From the NCBI GenBank assembly GCA_013203755.1, contig JABMPI010000636.1:1-35504 (forward strand): 35,504 nucleotides of DNA, read 5' to 3'. Position 1 is the first letter of the stretch, and the number at the start of each line of letters is the position of its first letter. This document shows, one piece after another, positions 29,801-35,504 of this stretch. The notes beneath the pieces were generated by a model, which was not told the origin of the DNA, did no database searches, and saw nothing but the letters and a program-made list of their open reading frames with translations. Source of the DNA: Bacteroidota bacterium. GTDB taxonomy: Bacteria > Bacteroidota > Bacteroidia > Bacteroidales > Prolixibacteraceae. The translations under genes were made by a program, and so were the position numbers.

Positions 29801-30171
29801 TTGGCGATGCCCGGGCGATAACTCTCGAAGATGCAAAAAATACCTGGACAGAATCAAATACGAACACCATTTGGCCAAAAATTGGAAGTACCAGTAATAC
29901 CGACTATATTAATTCTTCTAAATGGGTTCAAGACGGTAGTTATGTGAAACTAAGAAACATCAGTTTGGCTTATTCTATTCCGAAAGAAAAGTTAAAAATT
30001 GGCGATTTACGAATTGTATTAAGTGGACAGAACCTTCTTACTTTTACCGATTATAAAGGGTTTGATCCGGAGGTTTCATCTACTGGAAAAAGTGATATCG
30101 ATCAAGGTTTAGATCTGGGATCGTATCCAACCGCCAAATCATATACAATAGGTTTGACACTAAATTTTTAA
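26878..30171 (+). CDS. susC: SusC-like TonB-dependent transporter with N-terminal signalling (STN) extension
   Basis: STN-like IEDQSEFSFIY; ITGKVTD...PLPGVTV, LEEVIAVGYG, IRIRGGNS, LKDASSTAIYGSRGANGVIVITTK, YVKLRNISLAY, terminal Phe. Confidence 0.96.
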   Translation: MKKKRIRGSSGSFVNLPKIYRTMKLICLFMFVALFQVSASSYAQSAKLNISGQNLTLEKVFELIEDQSEFSFIYNLKQIDLSKKVDVESKNQKVERILNEVLEGTDIAYTVNDRLIVVHRGGEASSLLSSVTQQKSITGKVTDAQREPLPGVTVIIKGTTSGTVTNFNGEFNLNNVTSESALVFSFVGMTTQELLVGNQTSVDITMLADAIGLEEVIAVGYGTMKRMDISGASARVSTTVFKDLPSTDIAQSMQGRVAGLAITSNSGSPGASSKIRIRGGNSMLGNNNPLIVLDGVAVNIGLNDINPNDIASLDILKDASSTAIYGSRGANGVIVITTKTGNSDIPRIQISTNYSLDQVANRYDMLNAADFVTLNDITLTGPSADTDWQDQVFQNGMTSNTQLSITGGNEKLKYFLSGSLVDQDGLVRNTGYQKYNLRSNIDTKINDKLNVSLNLSVSKTERNNTNDNAASKGSTIWQSLIWSPTEPVFNEDGSYNKTDQYSSIGLNPFMVATERQNDLFATALLANSKIDYKITDKLTYSAILGADEIKTERATFTNQFVSPTTGSSRSYNGNFFWQFTNFLTYKNTFNDVHRISVMAGFEQSQNTTKGFNANGSNLATETVGYHNLALNASAAIGSYWRQSSLRSYLGRATYSLRDKYLLTATFRMDGSSKFQDSNKYSSFPSLALGWRISEESFMQSADNIDNLKLRASWGITGSQAIAPYATLALLTPKAYSYGTPNLLTGYMPSGAPNPDLIWEETTQINIGADLSMFNGRLNVTADYFQKNTDGLLQAKALPAYNGGGSIISNIGEIENKGIELAIGGDIIRKSDFSWNAALNYSKLNNKVLSIGDEEQIFPGGNYASGFLSSKVFIVKPGESLGSLYGYNFLGIWQQEEASEALKYGNVPGDSKYEDLDGNYIIDGGDQKIIGKGLPDFNWGLNNSFSYKDFDLNIMIEGVHGRDVINLGYAGAGAAVGDARAITLEDAKNTWTESNTNTIWPKIGSTSNTDYINSSKWVQDGSYVKLRNISLAYSIPKEKLKIGDLRIVLSGQNLLTFTDYKGFDPEVSSTGKSDIDQGLDLGSYPTAKSYTIGLTLNF

Positions 30172-30183
30172 AACAAAACAGAC

Positions 30184-31668
30184 ATGAATAAATACATTAT
30201 ATTTTTGCTTTTTGTTAGCTTGTTCGTCTCTTGTTCTGAAGATTTTTTAGAGGAAGAGCCTAAAGGGCAACTAACTACAAAGGGCTTTTTTCAAAACGGA
30301 CAAGACCTTGAACTAGGAGTTACAGCTTTATACAACAGGGTAAATGGAATTTTTAGGGCAAGTCAAACTTGCACAGCACTTATGGGAGCTGATGATATAA
30401 CCACAAGAGCAGGAAGTAACAAAGGACCTTTTAGGGAATACGATACGTTTTCTGCAACCAATACCAATCCATGGGTGTATTACGACAAACCCTATAGCGC
30501 GATTCTCGCGGCTAATAACATTATTGTAAATTATGAAGATGCAGAAAAAGCGACCGAAGAAGAACGCAAATTTGCTGCCGGACAAGCTTATTTTATGAGG
30601 GCACTAAGTTATTTCTGGTTGGTACGTGTGTTTAATGAAATTCCGCTGATTACACAATTGGAAGTTGATTTTGAAGCTGTAAAATCAAGTCCTCAAGATG
30701 TTTATGCGCTTATAATAGAAGATCTTAAAATAGCAGAAGAGTTTTTACCTAACAGTTGGTCGGGTCTAAAAGATGGGGTTGCTCCAACAAAAGGATCAGC
30801 AAAAGCTCAGTTGGCCTCTGTTTACCTACAGATGACCGGTTATCCTGTAAATGATGAATCGAAATATGCACTTGCTGCCCAAAAAGCAAAAGAAGTTATT
30901 GATAATGCAGGTACTTATGGATATCGTCTTTTAGATGATTTTGCTGATTTATGGACTCCGGAAAAGTTTAATGATGAAACTGTTTTTGGTTTGATTTATA
31001 ACCAAAAAACCCCTGGCTGGACTGCGGAAAATGGAAATATGTGGGCTCCAGTGGCTTGTAAACCTGAAGAAGAAGGAGGTTGGGACGATTATTTTGCTGA
31101 AATTAATTTCTTCAACAAATTCCCGGAAGGACCTCGAAAAGATGCTACATTCCAAACGGTAATAAAACCAAATGCGGAAACAACCTGGCATTGGACCGAG
31201 GGAGTTCAAAAACATCCTTATTACAAAAAAATGCAACAAATTGAAGGCTACAATCCGGATGAACCGTGGATTTATATCGATTGGTGGTCAGGTCGTACAA
31301 ATATGGTAATAAGATATGCCGAAGTATTATTGATTTATGCCGAAGCACAAGCTATGGCTTCTTCTCCTGACCAGTCGGCGTATGATGCTCTAAATGCAGT
31401 TCGAATCAGAGCAGGATTGTCAGAAATGTCATCGGGACTTTCTAATGTAGCCTTTAGAGATTCGGTAGTAATGGAACGAGCCTGGGAGTTTGCCGGAGGC
31501 GAGATAAATGCCGCCAGATGGTATGACCTTGTACGTTTGGAAAGAGTAGAAGCAGCGGCTCAGGACAGACATGAATGGGAACTTCTAATTCTGAATCCTC
31601 CAACAAAAGAGGATTATTTTGCACCAATACCTATTAGCGAAATATTAATTAATCCAAACCTGGAGTAA
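30184..31668 (+). CDS. susD: SusD/RagB-like surface lipoprotein
   Basis: FVSC-SEDFLEEEP lipoprotein start; AYFMRALSYFWLVRVF, IRYAEVLLIYAEA, LNAVRIRAG, ERAWEFAGG..RWYDLVR, PIP..EI..NPNL. Confidence 0.95.
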   Translation: MNKYIIFLLFVSLFVSCSEDFLEEEPKGQLTTKGFFQNGQDLELGVTALYNRVNGIFRASQTCTALMGADDITTRAGSNKGPFREYDTFSATNTNPWVYYDKPYSAILAANNIIVNYEDAEKATEEERKFAAGQAYFMRALSYFWLVRVFNEIPLITQLEVDFEAVKSSPQDVYALIIEDLKIAEEFLPNSWSGLKDGVAPTKGSAKAQLASVYLQMTGYPVNDESKYALAAQKAKEVIDNAGTYGYRLLDDFADLWTPEKFNDETVFGLIYNQKTPGWTAENGNMWAPVACKPEEEGGWDDYFAEINFFNKFPEGPRKDATFQTVIKPNAETTWHWTEGVQKHPYYKKMQQIEGYNPDEPWIYIDWWSGRTNMVIRYAEVLLIYAEAQAMASSPDQSAYDALNAVRIRAGLSEMSSGLSNVAFRDSVVMERAWEFAGGEINAARWYDLVRLERVEAAAQDRHEWELLILNPPTKEDYFAPIPISEILINPNLE

Positions 31669-31740
31669 AAGTTGTTGTCTTAATAAATTGAAGAGAATTG
31701 ATTAATTTCTAGATTTATGTAGTTTAGTTTAGTTAGTTTG

Positions 31741-31780
31741 AAGGAAGGTGGTGTAATGCTGCCTTCCTTATTTTTTATTT
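31741..31780 (+). terminator. Intrinsic terminator (or stabilising hairpin) after susD
   Basis: aaggaagg...ccttcctt stem (31741-31769) followed by a T-run. Confidence 0.75.
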
Positions 31781-31807
31781 TGATAATTTTATAGAAAAAA
31801 CGGAACC

Positions 31808-33352
31808 ATGAGACAACTAATTATTCTGTTATTTGTAATTGTATTTTTTTCGTGTTCAAATGAAAATAGCTATTACATCGATGCAAAAAAAGGTGATGAT
31901 TCAAATTCAGGGCACTCTCCAAAATCAGCCTGGGTAAGTCTTGAAAAAGTAAATGAAACTATTTTTCAGGCTGGCGATGAAATTCTTTTTAAAGCAGGAG
32001 GAAGTTGGAGTGGTCAGGTTGAACTAAAAGGAAGTGGAACAGCAGAAGACCCAATTTTAATAAATAAATACGGGGTAGGGGTAAATCCTGCAATCAATGG
32101 CAAGGGTGAAAAACTACATACGCTTCTTTTGCATAATATAGAATATTGGGAAATCCGAAATCTGGAAATTACAAACACCGGAAAAGAACGTGCTACAAAA
32201 CGACGTGGAGTGATTGTTTCTGCAGAAGATTTTGGCGATTGCCATCACATTGTTTTAGATAGTTTGGAGATTCACCATGTAAATGGGGGTCTGGTTAAAA
32301 GCAATGGCGGAGGAAGTGCAATTCTATGGCAAAATAGTGGCGATTCAGTTAAAACCCGGTTTATAGATTTGCAGATTACAAACTGCCATTTGCACCATTG
32401 CGGTAGAAATGGTATAAATTCTCGTGGTTACACCAATCGAAAAGACTGGCATCCGAGTTTGGAGGTGGTTATCCGAAATAATTTGTTGGAGCAAATTCCG
32501 GGAGATGGAATTGTGCCGATTGGTACCGATGGGGCAATTATTGAGCACAATGTTATGCGGGATTGCCCCGATATTTTATCGCACAAAGAAGCCGCAGCTG
32601 GAATTTGGCCATGGAGTGCCGATAATACAATTATTCAGTTTAATGAAGTGTCGGGACATAAAGCCAAATGGGATGGACAGGGTTTCGACTCGGACTGGAA
32701 CTGCCAAAACACAATCATTCAGTACAATTACAGTCACGATAATTATGGCGGTTTTTTATTGGTGTGTAACAATGGAAGCAATGTCCACACCGACCGTAAT
32801 ATTGGAACTACTAACACAATTGTCCGCTACAACGTTAGTCTAAACGACGGAATTCGTCCGTATGAAACAACTCAAAGAAGTTGGTTTGCACCGACAATGC
32901 ACATTTCCGGGCCGGTAGAAAATACGCAGATTTATAACAATGTATTTATAATTCCGGAAAAACCATTAAAAGAAAATGACCGAACCATTGTTGAAATGGA
33001 TAACTGGGGTGGACCGTGGCCTGAAAATACCAGTCTTTCAAACAATCTTTTTTATGTGAATGAAAAAGCAGATTTCTCTTTTGAAAAGGACAAAAATACA
33101 AGCTTTACCAATAACTGTTTTTATGGAGAATTTGAGAATCTTCCTGAAGACTCGGCTGCTATTTTTGACGACCCACTGTTTGTAGATGTAACCGCTCGTG
33201 GAGCAGGATTTGAAGTATTGAAAGATTTCATGTTAACAAAGTTTTCACCTTTAAAAGACAAGGGAATCTCAATAAAAAATAATGGTGGAAAAGATCTGTT
33301 TGGGAATACTTTAGATGGAAAAATAACAATTGGGATTCACGAATTTGAATGA
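31808..33352 (+). CDS. Lipoprotein, right-handed beta-helix, GH136 (lacto-N-biosidase LnbX)-like
   Basis: FFSC lipobox; YYIDAKKGDDSNSG.SP..AW.SLEKVN, GDGIVP, AAGIWPWSADNTIIQFNEV, D-GQGFDS-D, IQYNYSHDNYGGFLLVC. Confidence 0.8.
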   Translation: MRQLIILLFVIVFFSCSNENSYYIDAKKGDDSNSGHSPKSAWVSLEKVNETIFQAGDEILFKAGGSWSGQVELKGSGTAEDPILINKYGVGVNPAINGKGEKLHTLLLHNIEYWEIRNLEITNTGKERATKRRGVIVSAEDFGDCHHIVLDSLEIHHVNGGLVKSNGGGSAILWQNSGDSVKTRFIDLQITNCHLHHCGRNGINSRGYTNRKDWHPSLEVVIRNNLLEQIPGDGIVPIGTDGAIIEHNVMRDCPDILSHKEAAAGIWPWSADNTIIQFNEVSGHKAKWDGQGFDSDWNCQNTIIQYNYSHDNYGGFLLVCNNGSNVHTDRNIGTTNTIVRYNVSLNDGIRPYETTQRSWFAPTMHISGPVENTQIYNNVFIIPEKPLKENDRTIVEMDNWGGPWPENTSLSNNLFYVNEKADFSFEKDKNTSFTNNCFYGEFENLPEDSAAIFDDPLFVDVTARGAGFEVLKDFMLTKFSPLKDKGISIKNNGGKDLFGNTLDGKITIGIHEFE

Positions 33353-33433
33353 CTTTTTACCACGTGTAGAAGTCTATTTTTACCATAGGCTAAAACATGG
33401 TGTAAAAAAGAAATTGATGTTATACTTTTGATT

Positions 33434-35106
33434 ATGAAAATAAAACCAACGATTCTAATACTGATTTTTTTTCTGGTTTCCTGTACCTTTTCAAAAAAGG
33501 AAGAATTTGAAAAACCAAACATCATTTTTATAATGCTCGACGATTTTGGCTATTCGCAAATTGCCTACAATAGCGAACAAATTTCAAAAGAAGACTACGA
33601 TCCACTATTTTTAAAATACACTTTGGAAAATGGTGATTATTCACCTGAACAAGCACTTGATTTTTCGCGCCGAGCTACACCCACGCTTTCGCGAATGGCA
33701 AAAGAGGGAGTAATTTTTACTAATGCTTTTGCATCGTCAAATTTATGTGCACCATCAAGAATCGGGATTGCAACCGGAGTACAACAAAATCGTTGGGGAA
33801 TTTATCGTAACATAGATTGCGAGGCTCATGGCCCAAAACCTGGTAGCTTACTGGTTGAAAATCTTCACAATGCTGGTTATGCAACAGCACACATTGGCAA
33901 ATGGCACATCGGCAGCCGTGACCAAAGCATGATTCCAAAATTCATGAAAGAACACGGAGTCAAAGATTCGGCAGGTATTTATCCTTCAATAAATAAATTC
34001 CCAAAAATTCAAAAAGACTTAAATGAAAATGGATACGCGGGATCTATAATTCCGGAACATCATGCCCTAAATAACGGATTCGATTATTATTATGGTTATA
34101 ATATGTGGGAAAGCCCGTTTTACAATGCTACTAATGTTTGGGATGGTTTTGAACACGCCGGTAAAAATCCAAAATACAACACTGATTATTTACTGATTTA
34201 GCATTGGATTTTATCGAAGAAAGTATAGAAAAAGAAAAACCATTTTATGTGCAACTCCATTTTCATGCGGTTCATGCACCACTCGATCCAAAAGCACCAG
34301 AACAGTATTACAATAAATTTGATTCGGAGTCTTTCATTCTAAATAATTTTTATGCCCATGTATTTGCAGTTGATGAAAATGTGAGAAGGCTCGAAAACTA
34401 TTTGAAAGAAAAAGGTTTAGCTGAAAATACAATTATGGTTTTTACATCTGACAACGGTGGTTCAATTGGGGGCCGTTCAACTATGCCTGGCAATGCGCCT
34501 TATCGTGGTCACAAAGGAATGTATTTATTGGGCGGTATAAAAGTTCCCTTGTTTTTTTATTGGCCCAAAGGAGTTTCAAATCCTGTTAGAAACACACAAT
34601 TGGTTTCGGCTCTCGATATTCTACCCACCGTTTTAGATGCTTCAGGATTAGAATATCCAGAAAATATTGATGGGAAAAGTTTACTGCCGTATTTGAAAAA
34701 TAAATCGAATAAACCGGTGCATGATTATTTAACATGGTCTGGAATACATGCTCGTGCCTGGGGATTTATGAGCCGTTCAGCATTTAATCCACCACTGAAA
34801 TCGCGTGAAATGGCACCCTATGCCTGGGTGGTTGTAAAAGATAACTATGCTTTGCGTTTTATTTCAGAAACAAAAGAGGGCTTGTACAAAGATATTCCTG
34901 ACGGGAAATCTGGTTTTTATGAAATGTACAATATAAATTCTGACCCGGGAGAAGAAATTGAATTGATTGCTGAAAAACCAGGTGTTTTTTCCGAACTAAA
35001 AGCGATTTGGGAAAATGAGGCAAAAGATTTTCCGCCTCCGTTTAAAAAAGGGAAAGACAAATGGGAACAGATCATTCCTAAAGACAATAAGTACCTAAAA
35101 AACTAA
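33434..35106 (+). pseudogene. S1 sulfatase (YdeN-like, Cys-type lipoprotein) split by a 1-bp frameshift at ~34189-34191
   Basis: 5' ORF has DDFGYSQ, CAPSR, GKWHIG; 3' ORF has KPFYVQLHFHAVHAP, SDNGG, GHKG...GGIKVP. Adding one T gives continuous NTDYFTDLALDFIEES. Confidence 0.88.
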
Positions 35107-35111
35107 TTCAT

Positions 35112-35504
35112 ATGAAATCGGCTAAAGTTTTATTTTTAATTGTATTAATCACTGGATTTAGCGTTTTATCTTTTGCACAAAACGCTGTCAAACTTTCTGA
35201 AGAATCATGGACACTGCCAACCTATAAAGTGGAACCAGGGGAAAAAGCACCAATATTTTACACTGGAGAGAGTTTTCAGGGAGCAAGAAAAGTAATTTAC
35301 CCTTATGCACTAAACGACGTAATTTCCAACGAAAAGGTAGAACAAGCCTGGAAAGCTTTAATACTCGAGAATGAGTACATAAAATTATGCATGACCCCGG
35401 ATATTGGTGGGAAAATATATTATGCCACCGATAAATCAAACGATTACAATTTTATCTATAAAAACAATGAGGTAAAACCCTCGAACATTGGAATGACTGG
35501 CGCC
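35112..35504 (+). CDS. DUF5107-domain protein, 5' part (cut by window edge)
   Basis: Manual translation: MKSAKVLFLIVLITGFSVLSFAQNAVKLSEESWTLPTY...FQGARKVIYPY...LENEYIKLCMTPDIGGKIYYATDKSNDYNFIYKNNEVKPSNIGMTGA; open to the end of the window. Not in the ORF track. Confidence 0.8.
   Translation, partial: MKSAKVLFLIVLITGFSVLSFAQNAVKLSEESWTLPTYKVEPGEKAPIFYTGESFQGARKVIYPYALNDVISNEKVEQAWKALILENEYIKLCMTPDIGGKIYYATDKSNDYNFIYKNNEVKPSNIGMTGA

Noticed and set aside
31714-31740. tagtt/ttag low-complexity run after susD
   Set aside because: Short AT-rich microrepeat with no spacers; not a CRISPR array.
249-35439. Many short alternative-frame and minus-strand ORFs in the track (e.g. 12275..12796, 19422..19829, 20710..21081, 32424..32843, 35188..35439)
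   Set aside because: They overlap well-supported + strand genes and show no recognisable motifs; treated as shadow ORFs.
1-35504. CRISPR arrays, tRNA/rRNA, integrases, invertible promoters, defence systems
   Set aside because: None seen; spacers are short and no recombinase or repeat-spacer pattern was found.

Overview
AT-rich bacterial DNA with every real gene on the + strand. It reads as one large polysaccharide utilisation locus (PUL) from the Bacteroidota: SusC/SusD, a T9SS C-terminal domain and lipoprotein signal peptides; a marine Prolixibacteraceae/Marinilabiliales-like host is only an inference. Contents: seven S1 sulfatases (one cut by the left edge, one split by a frameshift; all six with a visible motif are Cys-type); an AraC regulator followed by aldehyde dehydrogenase, RhaT-type permease and enolase-superfamily enzyme, matching the 3,6-anhydrogalactose catabolic module (dauA/dauB-like) of carrageenan PULs; a GH2; a divergent GH78-like protein; a KDPG-type aldolase and a PfkB KDG kinase; a Dabb protein; ECF sigma/FecR/SusC/SusD; and a partial DUF5107 gene at the right edge. 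The predicted substrate is a sulfated red-algal galactan, most likely carrageenan. Best lead: no recognisable GH16/GH82/GH150/GH167 carrageenase or GH127/GH129 anhydrogalactosidase is present in the window. Instead there are three paralogous beta-helix proteins with a GH136-like D-x6-D motif and different predicted localisations, plus a GH78-like protein with a remodelled acid motif. These are candidate new galactan-active enzymes. Three genes carry single-base lesions, and several structured intergenic repeats are present. Family assignments come from motif reading only; no database searches were run.
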